From the NCBI GenBank assembly GCA_020184695.1, contig JAANOX010000201.1, positions 1 through 64,000 on the forward strand: 64,000 bases of DNA. The letters are read 5' to 3'. The position numbers and the translations under genes were made by a program. A model generated the notes under the pieces. It saw only the letters and a program-made list of their open reading frames with translations. It was not told the origin of the DNA and searched no databases. This document shows positions 41,064-52,876 of this stretch, one piece after another; positions within the stretch are counted from its first letter, which is position 1, and each line of letters begins with the position of its first letter. The DNA comes from Histomonas meleagridis 2922-C6/04-290x (lineage: Eukaryota; Protista; Parabasalia).

Positions 41064-42815
41064 ATGGAAATTCCTGACTTTAGCGATGTTGTTCAACGTC
41101 TAGGAGCAATAGAAAAAATTATTTTTAGTTTAACAAAAGAAAGCATTCAAGAAACAACAGAAGCAATACTAAAATTAGCCAATCCCAATTTTCTATTTTC
41201 ATATGATTTTTTAGTCTCACGCATGATACTTTCGTTTTATGTATCAAATCAGTCGAGACCAACAACTCTTATATTGGAATTCCTTCAATCAATTTCCAGT
41301 CAACAAAATTCCTTAAATATTGTAAACATATTTGCAGAATATCTCGCAGACATGGTTTATTTCGAGCCTTCCCCAAACGAAGCAAATTATCTTCTTGATA
41401 AAATGGTTGAAATGAAAATGATTCAACCAAATATAGTTGAAAATCTTTCAATTGATCATTTATATTTTGTTCACCGCAATAGGAATTATAATCTTCTTTT
41501 TAATCCCATTAATTCTTATTTTTACAACAAATTTGAATTTGCAACAAATTTGAATGATTTAGTAAAAAATGACTTATTCCTTCATAAGGAATACGTTAAA
41601 AACGGTGTTTATCCAATTGAAGAAGTAAATATTATTCGAAAAGATGATGTAGAAGAACTTAAAAAACGTATAACGCAATCAAATTATAATCCTCGCCAGC
41701 TTCTTAAACTGTCACTTTATGAAAGATGTGCATTTCTTGATAAATCTACTACTACTTTAGTTGATTGTTGTGCATATTTTGGATCAATTAAATGCTATAA
41801 ATATCTAATGTCAATTGGTGGAATCCTTAATCTTTATACTGGAAGTTATGCAATTGTAGGTGGAGATCAAAGGATTTATAAGCACTGCATCGAAGCTGAA
41901 AATTCTAAAAAATATTTCACTGATCCGATTCAAGTTGCAATTAAATTCCACCGATATGATATTTTTATAGATCTTTTTGAAAAAAGGAAAATTAGTATAG
42001 ACTTAAGTTTAATGATTCGATTATGTATCGAACATGATAACTATGAGATTCTTTCGTATTTGTTTAATAATGGTTATATTATTAAGGATAATAAAAGTCT
42101 TATGTGTGCAGCTGCTTCTTGTGGAAATCTTGAGCTCTTTTCTTATTTTTTGGGAATTTCTAGAGAAATACCAAAGGATATTCTGTTATATGCATGTAAG
42201 TCAAGTAATACTGAACTTGTTAAATTTATTCTTGATAAAGATGAGGATTTATCAATTGATACTAATGCAAAAGATATTTTTTTGAAGTGTTTAAGGTTTA
42301 TTTTTGTGATTTGGTTTCTTTATAACTTAATTGGTAAAACACCACTTGAGATTGCTGCTGGAAGAGGTTTAACAGATACAGTTAAATTACTTCTTCAAAG
42401 AAAGGATATCTCTATAAATGGTAAACAATATATTTGTTTTTGATGTTTTCCGTTGTTTTATACCATTTCAAACACCACTTATTATTGCAGCTCTTCAACT
42501 AGAAAAGGAAATATTGATGTCGTTAAGTACCTTATAGATATTGGAATTAATATAAATCATAAAGATGTTCTTTCGTTTTGCTTTCATTATGTTGTGATAA
42601 TTTGATGTCTTAAAATAATATTTAAAAGAACTGCACTTACACATGCTGCTTTGGAGAACAATACCGAAATAATGAAATTATTATTGAGCAAAGATGAAAT
42701 CACTGTGAATCAGAAAGTAGTAGTCATTTTAAAGAAATACAGAAACGAAGAAATTCTTCAACTTATCCAAAGCAAAAAAGGGAAATTATCAACTGAAAAA
42801 TGTTTCATTGCTTGA
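41064..42815 (+). CDS. DUF3447/ankyrin-repeat gene; ankyrin repeats interrupted by inserts (intact only if inserts are removed)
   Basis: Open from MEIPDF (41064) through the DUF3447-type region (TLVDCCAYFGSIKCYKYL, AIKFHRYDIF); inserts at 42276-42338, 42429-42471, 42567-42629; further ankyrin blocks TPLIIAA..GININHKD and TALTHAALENNTEIMKLLL to TGA 42815; one extra frameshift near 42490. Confidence 0.75.
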
Positions 42816-43412
42816 AAGTGAATAAATTAAATTTTACAAAGTTTTTATATAATTATGACTTTAAATGTTCTAAATAAAGATGTCATTTTTGAAAAAATAA
42901 AATAACGAAATGATTTATTCAGTCTTCATTTCACAAAATTTCCTATTGTTGAGAAAAAAAAATCAAGATCTAAATTATTTTTGAAAATGATATAATCCAT
43001 TCGGTTGCCTCCTGACATTTAAAAGGCAAGGCAAAGTCTTTGCTGCAAAGGATTCGATTTTTGAAGGCCTGTGAATATATTTTATTTCATTTTAAATCTT
43101 GGATTACAATTTCTTTTAATAATTTCGATATTGTTTCCACAAAATGCTTAGAAATCATTAATACACATATCTATGAAAACCTTTTAGCTTGGCAACTATA
43201 TGCATGCCACTTTTCCGAATGCGTTGTGTAAATTGTTTATTTGACGGGGGTTTAAGCCAATAATTGAATGAATTTTCAGAAAAATGTTTTTTTCAATCGA
43301 TTTATCGATGTTTATTCTTGCTGTCATTTGTCAGTAAATCATTGAAAACCAAAAAACATTCAATGAACTACACTTGGGTAAAGTTAACAATAAATCAAAT
43401 CCAACTTCCCAA

Positions 43413-46400
43413 ATGCTTCTTGGCTTCCTTTTCGTTACATCAATATTTCCTTGTGAAATCAAGAGCGATGACACGCTTGTTATCACAGACAAATCAACCA
43501 TTTCCCAAAGCGATTATCTTACAAAAAAAGATTCAACGCAATCCCTTATTATTTCAACTGGGGTCTATACAATCGGAACAAATGCATTTTTTGGATGGCC
43601 TTCTTTAACTAGCGTCACAATTGGTGATTCCGTTACAGAAATCAAAGATACCGCCTTTTCTTCATGTTTTTTCTTAGAAAATGTTTTATTCTCTGAAGGC
43701 AAATCTTTGAGGAATATCGGAAATTCTGTTTTTTCTTCATGTATAAAACTCGCTAGTATTTCCTTACCTAATGCTCTTACAACACTTGGCACGGAAGTTT
43801 TCTCTGGATGCACTTCTCTGAAAACTGCAGTTTTAGGTTCAAATGTTCAAAATATTGGCGATAAACTTTTTTATCTATGCACTTCTTTAGAATCAGCGAC
43901 AATTGATTGCAAAGCAGCATCAATTGGAGTTAGTGCATTTGAAAAATGTTCTTTATTAGCCAGTATTACTATTCCAAATACAGTTTCATCGTTAGGAGAA
44001 TATTCATTTGCACAGTGCAAATCGTTACAAACTGTTCAAATCCCAAGTTTAGTTACATTAATTCCACCGAATGCATTTGAAGAATGTTCATTGAAGTCTG
44101 TTACACTTTTAAATGTTGAAACGATTGATTCGAATGCTTTTTCTCAATGTACTTCATTAGTAAGTATTACATTACCAGAAACACTTACAACAATTAATGA
44201 AAATGCATTTTATTCATGTAGAAGTTTAACTGAAGTAGTTCTTCCAAGTCGACTTGCAACATTAGGACAAGAAGCATTTTATTCTTGTTCTGGATTAAAG
44301 AGTTTAACAATACAATCAAATATTAATAGTTTTGGAAATCGTGTATTTCAATATTGCCAAAGTTTGGTAACAATTAACATGACCAAATTAATATTAATTC
44401 CGAAAACAACATTTAGTTATTGTAATTCACTTATGAGTATAAGTATTCCAAGTACAGTATTAACGATTGAACAATATGCATTCGAACAATGTACCAAATT
44501 AAGTGAAATTAGTTTTGAAGAAGGAATTAGTTCAATTTCTTCATATTCATTTAGTTATTGTACAAGTCTTAAAGAAGTTATACTTCCAAATTCACTTCAA
44601 TCATTAGGAATTAATGCATTCTTTCAATGTACAAGTTTAACGAAATTTGTTTTAGGAGATAAAATAACATCATTTTCATTAAATGTAATTTCTGGTTGTA
44701 ATTCAGTTAAATATATTACATTAGGTAAAGGTATAACATCAATTGGATCAAGTGAATTCGAATCATTAAAATCTTTAGTTACAATTGAACTTTTAGGAGA
44801 TGTTACAATAATTAGTTCTTCTGCATTTAAAAATTGTGAAAAATTGGAATCAATTTCAGCATTAAATTCTCTTACTACATTAGGATCAAATGCATTTGAT
44901 GGATGTTCAGCATTAAAATCAATTACAATTGGATCTACATTGAAATACATTGATCAATATACATTTAATGATTGTTCATCATTAGAAACAATTTCATTAG
45001 GATATGGTATCAATACATTTTCTAAATATGCTTTTGCTAATTGTAGGAAATTAAATGTATTTACTTTCCCTTCACAACTTAAAACAATTGAAGAAAATGC
45101 ATTTCGATATTGTGAAAGTCTTGTAGAAGTATCAATTCCTAATTCAGTAACTTATATAGGTAATAATGCTTTTTATTTATGTATTTCTTTGACTAATTTT
45201 GTTTTAGGTGATGGAATGAAAACATTTTCTCGATTTATATTAACGGGATGTATATCATTAAAATATGTTACATTTGGTCAAGGCATTACTTCAATTGCGG
45301 ATGAATTATTTTCTTCATTTACTTCTTTAGAAACTGTTATTCTTTATGGACAAGTTACCGAAATAGGTAAATATTCTTTTGCTAATTGTACTAATTTAAA
45401 GAGTATTACATCCCAAAACTCTATTACTTCTATTGGATCACATGCATTTATTGGATGTACTTCATTAGAATCATTTACGTCAACCTTAATAACTTCTATT
45501 GGTTCATATGCATTTTGTGATTGTGTTTCATTCAAAATAATAATGTTTCCTTATCTCGAAACTATTGAAGAAGGAGCATTTTATGGATGTAATAGAATAA
45601 CTGAATTAAGTATACCTAACACTGTAACTACTCTTGGAGATAAATCATTTTATTCATGTAAAGGTTTAAATAAGTTAACTATAAGTTCAAATATATCTTC
45701 ATTTGGTATTGAAGTATTTCGTTGTTGCGAAAATTTAACATCAGTTTCAATATCTGAAATAACATCTATTCCATCATATATATTTGCTTCATGTACTTCA
45801 TTACCAACAATTTCATTTAATAATAATTTAGAAACAATTTGTTCGTATGCATTTATTAATTGTACAAAATTAAATAATATTACATTTCCAACTTCACTTA
45901 CTACAATTGAAGAAGAAGCATTTTCTGGTTGTAACAATATAAATGAATTAACGATAACAAATTTGAATTCTATAGGAAATAGAACATTTTATTCATGTAA
46001 AGGTTTAACGAAATTAGAAATAAATACTGAAATTACTGATTTCGGAACAGAAGTTTTTAGTAATTGTGAAAATTTAATAACAATTTCATTATCAACATTA
46101 CGAAATATTCCGATGTATACATTTTATTCATGTACTTCATTACAATCGATTAGTATTCCAAGTTCAATTACAATTATTAAAGAATATGCGTTTTCTAAAT
46201 GTACGAAATTAAATAATATTTATTTCTCTGAAGGACTTCAAACAATTGAAGATTATGCATTTAGTTATTGTGCTATTAAAGAATTAATCTTTCCAAATTC
46301 ATTACGAAATGTAAGTTATTATGCATTTTATCAATGTAATTCCCTTGATACAATTATCATTGGTGATCAAGTAACACAATTAGATGTATATACATTTAAT

Positions 46401-47903
46401 GAATGTGAAAAAATCACAAAATTAATAATTGGAAAAAGTTTACCTTATTTAACTAATTCGATTCTTAGTAATTTTGTTAATTTACAATATTTATCTGTAC
46501 AAAACATAAGTGAAATTGGATCTCGACAATTTAGAGAATGTAATGCATTAAAATCGGTAATATTATCTGATTCTATTTCGAAGATTAATTCATTTGCATT
46601 TTGTTTATGTGAATCATTAGAATCAATTGAATTTGGTAACAACATCGAATACATTGGAACTTATGCATTTTATCAATGCAATTTGATAAAAGTTATAATT
46701 TCAAATTCTTTAAGCAATGGTTTAATTACACTTGATAATTTCTCATTTGCTTATTGTCCACGTTTAGAATCGATTTCATTTTCTAATTCAGCGTCAATTA
46801 AATTATGTAATAATGTCTTTAGAAGATGTACTAATTTAACATCAATCGCATTACCTAATTCACTTACAACAATACCATTAAATACATTTTATGAATGTTA
46901 TAACTTAAATAATGTAATATTTGGTAATAACATCGAAACAATTGGTGATTATGCATTTTATAAATCGTCAATTACTAATATTATAATACCAAATTCTGTT
47001 AAAACACTTGGTAATGCAGTGTTTGGTGAATGTACATCATTAACTAATGTAACATTTGGAACAGGTTTAAGTTCTTTACCAACATGTGCATTTAGTAATT
47101 GTTCAAGTATAGTTAGTATTAATATACCAACCAATATATTTACTATTGGAAATTATTCATTTTATAATTGTTCTTCACTTGTAACAGTTAACATAAGTGA
47201 AAATGTTAATTCCATTAATGATAATTCATTTGCTTATTGTAATTCATTAAATTGTATATATTACTATGGATCTAAAGAACCACATTACATCGGAACTAAT
47301 GCATTTCTAAATGTAAAAGCTAAGCAAGCTATAGTTAGTGAGTCATATATTAGCGATCAATTCGGTACATTAAAACTTAAAAAAGGTTTCGCTGAATGTG
47401 ATGCATCCACTAAATTCATTGATACTAATACAATTATTCTAATTGTTGTGCCAATAGTTTCTGTTATAGTAATAGCTGCTATAGTTGTCGTTGTGATATT
47501 TGTTATTCGAAGACGTAATTTTATAGAACTTCGTAAAAATTTAAGAAACACTTTGATAGAAGATGAAGAACCACAAAATAATAATAAAAATAAGAAATAT
47601 GAAGAAAAGAAGAAGTTACAAGAATTAAAGGATAAGGAAGAACAACAATTTTACGCGAAGACTCCTTATGATAAAGATGCTGAATTAGCTCCGCCTAAAG
47701 TGAAACAACCAACAAATGTGGATAACCCGTATTTGGATGTATACGAAGAAAGACCTTATATAGAGAATACGAATTCAAATCCTTATGCAAACGGTTGTCA
47801 AAATGATTACAATTCAATTAGTGGTTCCAGATATGGTGATATGGCATCTCCTTATAGCAGCAATTATGCTAACCCACCAAACCATTCCGAATTTTTCCTA
47901 TAA
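43413..47903 (+). CDS. BspA-like (TpLRR) leucine-rich repeat surface protein, type I membrane
   Basis: Signal-like MLLGFLFVTSIFP; about 55 LxxIxIPxSVxxIGxxAFxxCxxL repeats; TM IILIVVPIVSVIVIAAIVVVVIFVI; Tyr-rich tail. Confidence 0.96.
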   Translation: MLLGFLFVTSIFPCEIKSDDTLVITDKSTISQSDYLTKKDSTQSLIISTGVYTIGTNAFFGWPSLTSVTIGDSVTEIKDTAFSSCFFLENVLFSEGKSLRNIGNSVFSSCIKLASISLPNALTTLGTEVFSGCTSLKTAVLGSNVQNIGDKLFYLCTSLESATIDCKAASIGVSAFEKCSLLASITIPNTVSSLGEYSFAQCKSLQTVQIPSLVTLIPPNAFEECSLKSVTLLNVETIDSNAFSQCTSLVSITLPETLTTINENAFYSCRSLTEVVLPSRLATLGQEAFYSCSGLKSLTIQSNINSFGNRVFQYCQSLVTINMTKLILIPKTTFSYCNSLMSISIPSTVLTIEQYAFEQCTKLSEISFEEGISSISSYSFSYCTSLKEVILPNSLQSLGINAFFQCTSLTKFVLGDKITSFSLNVISGCNSVKYITLGKGITSIGSSEFESLKSLVTIELLGDVTIISSSAFKNCEKLESISALNSLTTLGSNAFDGCSALKSITIGSTLKYIDQYTFNDCSSLETISLGYGINTFSKYAFANCRKLNVFTFPSQLKTIEENAFRYCESLVEVSIPNSVTYIGNNAFYLCISLTNFVLGDGMKTFSRFILTGCISLKYVTFGQGITSIADELFSSFTSLETVILYGQVTEIGKYSFANCTNLKSITSQNSITSIGSHAFIGCTSLESFTSTLITSIGSYAFCDCVSFKIIMFPYLETIEEGAFYGCNRITELSIPNTVTTLGDKSFYSCKGLNKLTISSNISSFGIEVFRCCENLTSVSISEITSIPSYIFASCTSLPTISFNNNLETICSYAFINCTKLNNITFPTSLTTIEEEAFSGCNNINELTITNLNSIGNRTFYSCKGLTKLEINTEITDFGTEVFSNCENLITISLSTLRNIPMYTFYSCTSLQSISIPSSITIIKEYAFSKCTKLNNIYFSEGLQTIEDYAFSYCAIKELIFPNSLRNVSYYAFYQCNSLDTIIIGDQVTQLDVYTFNECEKITKLIIGKSLPYLTNSILSNFVNLQYLSVQNISEIGSRQFRECNALKSVILSDSISKINSFAFCLCESLESIEFGNNIEYIGTYAFYQCNLIKVIISNSLSNGLITLDNFSFAYCPRLESISFSNSASIKLCNNVFRRCTNLTSIALPNSLTTIPLNTFYECYNLNNVIFGNNIETIGDYAFYKSSITNIIIPNSVKTLGNAVFGECTSLTNVTFGTGLSSLPTCAFSNCSSIVSINIPTNIFTIGNYSFYNCSSLVTVNISENVNSINDNSFAYCNSLNCIYYYGSKEPHYIGTNAFLNVKAKQAIVSESYISDQFGTLKLKKGFAECDASTKFIDTNTIILIVVPIVSVIVIAAIVVVVIFVIRRRNFIELRKNLRNTLIEDEEPQNNNKNKKYEEKKKLQELKDKEEQQFYAKTPYDKDAELAPPKVKQPTNVDNPYLDVYEERPYIENTNSNPYANGCQNDYNSISGSRYGDMASPYSSNYANPPNHSEFFL
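46841..47061. repeat. 221-bp tract shared (inverted) with BspA at 54994-55214
   Basis: 4 mismatches in 221 nt by direct comparison; encodes SIALPNSLTTIPLNTFYECYNL..LTNVTFG. Confidence 0.93.
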
Positions 47904-48499
47904 CACTTTTTGAGTAAACATTGATCGGTGAGATGTCATTTTTTATGTGAACGACCGTTAAAATATTGTCATTGAAGTTGATAACTTGCAATGTAATTAC
48001 ATGTGTGTGACCAAATATTGGATTAATTTCAAACATGTGTTAGTTGTATTTTGATTATAATGAGTTTTAGTGGTAAAAGAATAAGTCAAATTTGACCCAG
48101 GAGATTACAACACATCACTTCCTTACCGTTTTTCATCTGTTGAGCTTTATCTTTGTGTTTATATTGTAACTCTCAAAATTATTTTGTTTTTGTTGAGTAA
48201 TGTATTGTCTATAGTATTAAAGAATTTTTGATTTTAAAAATTAATCCGTTAAATGAAATATTTCGTACTCATTCAATGAATTCAATTCGAAATGTATCTA
48301 TTGATATATATATATATATTTCACAATATTCATTTTCGACATGTCATCAACTAAAATTATGAGAAATTCATGAAAACATTAGGTATATTTCTAATTATTC
48401 ATTTATTATGACAATTTCACCTATTATTTAAAATTAATTCTTTTGTTAATGTTTTAACGAATATTTTTGTTGTTCTACATATTTAAACACAATATTTGG

Positions 48500-48964
48500 A
48501 TCAAAACATATTTTGGAAGAATTAACGAATGAATGTCAATCATTAATAAAATTTACACTTAAATCTTCAAATACATTTTCTAATTGGATTAAATTTTCAC
48601 AATGAAATACATTTAAGAAATCGTTTTTAATTATATCATCATTAACAAGTACTTAAACATATTTATATTCAATCACATAAACAATCTCGATTTATAATAT
48701 ACCAATGAATTTACTAACATTTCCATTATCTAATTTATCATTGCTGTTTGCTCAACAATCACCGCTATTATTGTTATATATTTGATTATCATTTTTCTTA
48801 TCAAAATTAAACATAAGAAACATTTAATTGAAGAACAACAAGAAGAAAATTATGAACAAAGTAATTACAAAGTACATTTAAGGATATTTATAGTAAATTC
48901 TTTGATATTAAAGAACGAAAATAAATATTGGGTTGATTTTATTTTAATTTATTTCATGAAGTAA
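48500..48964 (+). pseudogene. Decayed type I membrane protein C-terminus
   Basis: S/T/Y-rich stalk with stops, then FIIAVCSTITAIIVIYLIIIFLI-KIKHKKH (TM plus basic tail). Confidence 0.4.
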
Positions 48965-49087
48965 AGTTTAAGATTATATTTTTCACTTTGTAAATTTCGG
49001 TTTTACAAACTCTTTGAGCTTTTTTATAAAGCTTCTTTATAAAGAGAAAAACATCGTTGTAGCGGTTTTTCCCTATCGTTTCTGTAA

Positions 49088-51781
49088 ATGGATTCTGTTT
49101 CGTTTCTCCCGCATTTAACACCTGAATACACGAAAACAAATTCACGGGCAATTGATTATAGTAATTGTGGTTTCATTGCTTATGCAACTGGTGCATCAAT
49201 TAATTTATCTTATTTGGAAAATAATAAACTTAAACAATCTTGTCCTATTATGATTCCTTCTTCAACAATAACATGTCTTAAATTTCACCAAGAAAAGCCG
49301 ATTCTTGCTGTTGGTGATGCGAAAGGTCAAATTTATTTTGTAGATATTCATACTAAAAATATTACAATTTCTGCACGGTCCAAAAGCCATGAATCAGTTC
49401 TTGTTGTTGACTGGAAAGATGATGTACTTTTAGCTCTTTTTTCACACTCCAAATTTATTGGTGTTTCTTTCAAAAACAACAGTGTCTTATGGAAAATTAT
49501 TCTTTCAAATCAGTTTACTTCATTTTCCATTGGACCTCATTTTGGAAACAATATTCTTTTTAGTGGGAGAACTCCAATTTTTTCCATTTATAATTATTCC
49601 AATAATGAACAAAGTCCAGAACCACTTTATGAAGCAATCAAACTCACAACCAATGAAGACATTATAGATTTACAGTGGTCTCTTCATCTTCCAGGATATA
49701 TATTTATTCTTTTATCAGGCGAAATTCTATATTTCCACATAGCTACACGATCTCTCATTACCATTGTTCCTCAACGTCTTACATCCTCTAGTTTTGAGTT
49801 TTTACTTCAACTTCCATCTGATCACACTCGATTTATTACATTTTTAAGAAACGGCGGAATATCGATTTTTAAGACAACTAATGATGTAACATTTGATTTA
49901 ATACAAGATTCACAACCTTATTGTCAACAAGGACATATAGTATCAGCTACATGTTCACCATTTAATGACAATCACATCATTTTATTCCATTCCACATTGG
50001 GAATTTCACTTTACGATTTAACACCAAACCGCCTCATTTCATTTGACATTTCCTTCCCGTCAAAAGTGACAGCGTTTGACTGTGATGGAGCACGTTATGC
50101 TTCCGGAACAAATGAAGGCTATATCATATCAGGAAGTATTTACAACAATGAAGAAAGCAAACGATTCAAAGTTAGTGAAAATGAAATAACATTTATTAGT
50201 TTTGATACACCAAATTCTCGAATCTTTTGGGAATCACAAGGAAAACTTGGTGTTATCGACATTCCACATTGCAAAGTTGAAACATATTTGACTAAAGCTA
50301 CAAAAATATTACGATGTTTCGGATCAAGACGTGGCGCATTAATAGTTCAACGAGATTTACAAGCTTTAGGTATCTTCATCGAAGGCAAAGAACGACCATT
50401 ACTATTCGACATCGAGGTAAAAGATGTTTCTATTGATGAAGAAGTCAGTAATTCGTCGACAGGATCATTTTGCGTATTATTAAAGAATCAAGAACTTCAT
50501 TTCTACAAGTATTCCATCAAAAATGGAGTTGAAATTTCCACCAAAGGATTAAAACCACGTGGTTTGAACATCGAACCATTAAGTTTTAGTCGGAATAATG
50601 ATATATTTGTAACAGGCTTTACTAATGGCTTGTTATTATTTTATAATACGGCAACACAAAAGACGTTCCGATACTCCACAAATTTTTCGAATTTACGGTC
50701 GTTAACATTTTCAAATGATTCGACATTCTTATTTGGGTTATGTAAAGAAAGCACCTTATTTAAGGTAAACGTAAGCAATGGCAACATTAACATCTGTCCA
50801 TATAGCATATATAAGTATAAACTCATCGACAATAATTACTTGATGACAATGTTTAATGACCAATCAATTCGACTTATTGATTCGAATTGGAATTCTGTTT
50901 GGAACGTAACACAATATTCACCGGTTCCTTCCGAAAAGCAAATGATCAATAATTTCATCAGAAATCAAAACTCATTATATTTGAGCCCTAAGACACGTGA
51001 CTTATGGCAAAGTTTAACCAATGATAATAATGTTCGACTTCAAGCACGTTTTAGTGTTGGTAAAAAGGGATTATATGAAACTATAAATTGTAAGTTATTA
51101 CAATTAATCCCGAATAATTCATCAATATCATTAGTCTCTAAGTTAAACTCATTGATTTTCATCGATAAATTTGATGAAGCTTCTGAGTTATTACTCGAAA
51201 ATAATTCTGTGAACGATAAAAGTTATTTTGAGTCGTCACTTTTGGCGGCCGTTATGATTCAAATCCAAAACGGTTTCAATGAAAAAGTTCAAGCTCACTT
51301 GAAGACGTCTGGAATCTCATTGTTTGAGGCCGGGAAGTTCGAAGAAGGTTCGATATTGTTTCGTATTGGGAAACTCGATAAGATTGCTGTGGCATCGTTG
51401 ATAGATTATGGACAAGATGAATTAGCTATTAGATTTATGAGAAGTTGTTTGGATGTAAATGATTTGAGAAAATTTGCGTTTAAATTCGCATGTAAATACA
51501 TTGAGGAGAATAATGAGTTGAAATGTTTGCCGTTTTTGGTGGCGGCAAATGAATTCCAACCAATTTTGCAAATCTTGAAAAACAAAAATTTGATCTGTGA
51601 CGCGTATTTTGTGATGAAGTATTTGATGAGGAATAATTTGTTGAATGAAATTAATGAGCAAAATAAGAAATTGTTGCCGATGCAGCTGACGGAGTTGAAT
51701 TTGTTGTGTGACGAAATAGAAAAATGTTTCGGAGAGTTACTAAATGAATTAGGTATAAAAATGGAAGAAGTTAGGATTTGA
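49088..51781 (+). CDS. WDR11: WDR11-like WD40/beta-propeller protein
   Basis: 897 aa; AIDYSNCGFIAYA start and C-terminal FDEASELLLEN..YFESSLLAA..LFEAGKFEEGSILF..LIDYGQDELA parallel the WDR11 termini. Confidence 0.65.
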   Translation: MDSVSFLPHLTPEYTKTNSRAIDYSNCGFIAYATGASINLSYLENNKLKQSCPIMIPSSTITCLKFHQEKPILAVGDAKGQIYFVDIHTKNITISARSKSHESVLVVDWKDDVLLALFSHSKFIGVSFKNNSVLWKIILSNQFTSFSIGPHFGNNILFSGRTPIFSIYNYSNNEQSPEPLYEAIKLTTNEDIIDLQWSLHLPGYIFILLSGEILYFHIATRSLITIVPQRLTSSSFEFLLQLPSDHTRFITFLRNGGISIFKTTNDVTFDLIQDSQPYCQQGHIVSATCSPFNDNHIILFHSTLGISLYDLTPNRLISFDISFPSKVTAFDCDGARYASGTNEGYIISGSIYNNEESKRFKVSENEITFISFDTPNSRIFWESQGKLGVIDIPHCKVETYLTKATKILRCFGSRRGALIVQRDLQALGIFIEGKERPLLFDIEVKDVSIDEEVSNSSTGSFCVLLKNQELHFYKYSIKNGVEISTKGLKPRGLNIEPLSFSRNNDIFVTGFTNGLLLFYNTATQKTFRYSTNFSNLRSLTFSNDSTFLFGLCKESTLFKVNVSNGNINICPYSIYKYKLIDNNYLMTMFNDQSIRLIDSNWNSVWNVTQYSPVPSEKQMINNFIRNQNSLYLSPKTRDLWQSLTNDNNVRLQARFSVGKKGLYETINCKLLQLIPNNSSISLVSKLNSLIFIDKFDEASELLLENNSVNDKSYFESSLLAAVMIQIQNGFNEKVQAHLKTSGISLFEAGKFEEGSILFRIGKLDKIAVASLIDYGQDELAIRFMRSCLDVNDLRKFAFKFACKYIEENNELKCLPFLVAANEFQPILQILKNKNLICDAYFVMKYLMRNNLLNEINEQNKKLLPMQLTELNLLCDEIEKCFGELLNELGIKMEEVRI

Positions 51782-52096
51782 TGTAATAAATAATGTTATG
51801 TTTTCACATATTTTTCTATTAGAAAATAATATCAAATCAATGAAAATGAACTTACTGAAATATTTAAATTCACTTCAAATGTAATAAGAAGTTGTAAATT
51901 CACTTTCGTTAGCTTAATTTCATATATTATTATAATAAGTACTTTGGGAACTAAAAAAATTTTACATTAATTCTCAAGATAAATAATGTTTACAATGCAT
52001 TATAATGGTTATGAATTAAAGAAAAAAATAATCGAAACATATATTTATTAACAATATCTCAAATTCACTCTGTGCTATGTAAAAACAGACAAAAGT

Positions 52097-52660
52097 TTAA
52101 ATATCATATATACCACGTATTTTAACTTGTTCAATGAGCCAGTCCAATCCTTCGAAAACTCCATCTCCAGTTTTTGCGCTTGCCCCTTGAACTTTCCATA
52201 TAAGACCTTGAATAGCATTAAGCTGAAGTAATTCTCCAATTTCGCTTGGTGGGTGTGAATTTGGAAGATCTTGCTTGTTTGGATATATATGCAAAATGGG
52301 ATTTGGCATTTCGATCTTTTCTAAAAAGTGTTCGTTAAGCACTTCTCGTGCTTCGTCAATTCTACATGTTTCCACAGAATTAACAACATAGATAAACCCT
52401 TGGGTACCTTTGTAATAATGTCTCCAAAGAGGACGAAGTCTTTCACCAGTATCTCCAATGTCCAAAATTACTAATTCAAATCCTTTATACATGATATTTT
52501 CGGTATTTACCCCAACTGTAGGTATGGTATTCCAAGTAAATTCATTTAATTTAATTCTATTTAAGATTGCTGTTTTCCCTGAATCACAAAGTCCGTACAT
52601 AATGATCTTAATTTTTGGTTTAGCAAAACATTTGCTGAATAGATTGGCAAAGATTTCCAT
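52097..52660 (-). CDS. Arf/Arl-family small GTPase with degenerate motifs
   Basis: TIPTVGVNTE, RPLWRHYY, NKQDLP, GDGVFEGLDWL are Arf-like; G1 is GLCDSGKT and G3 is LDIGDTG; ATG start MEIF lacks Gly2. Confidence 0.85.
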   Translation of the reverse strand: MEIFANLFSKCFAKPKIKIIMYGLCDSGKTAILNRIKLNEFTWNTIPTVGVNTENIMYKGFELVILDIGDTGERLRPLWRHYYKGTQGFIYVVNSVETCRIDEAREVLNEHFLEKIEMPNPILHIYPNKQDLPNSHPPSEIGELLQLNAIQGLIWKVQGASAKTGDGVFEGLDWLIEQVKIRGIYDI

Positions 52661-52876
52661 TTCACTCTTTGAGTAGATATTTGTCACTTTTCCATTTCAA
52701 TAATTTAGTCAAAATATTGAACCAAAGTCATTGACAACAAGTTTAATTTGGGTGAGAAACTTGTAGATGAACCTGAGAAAAGAACAGTGATAAATAAACA
52801 TTTGCATTTCATATAATAAAGAGGATACATCATAAATTCACGTGTGTTGCGAGAAAAATCCGCATTGAAATCTTTT

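Noticed and set aside
4145-42629. U12-type AT-AC reading of the ankyrin inserts (many start AT, all are followed by AC)
   Set aside because: The AC is the first two bases of the conserved Thr codon; cutting there shifts the frame or deletes Thr, and there is no ATATCCTT 5' site
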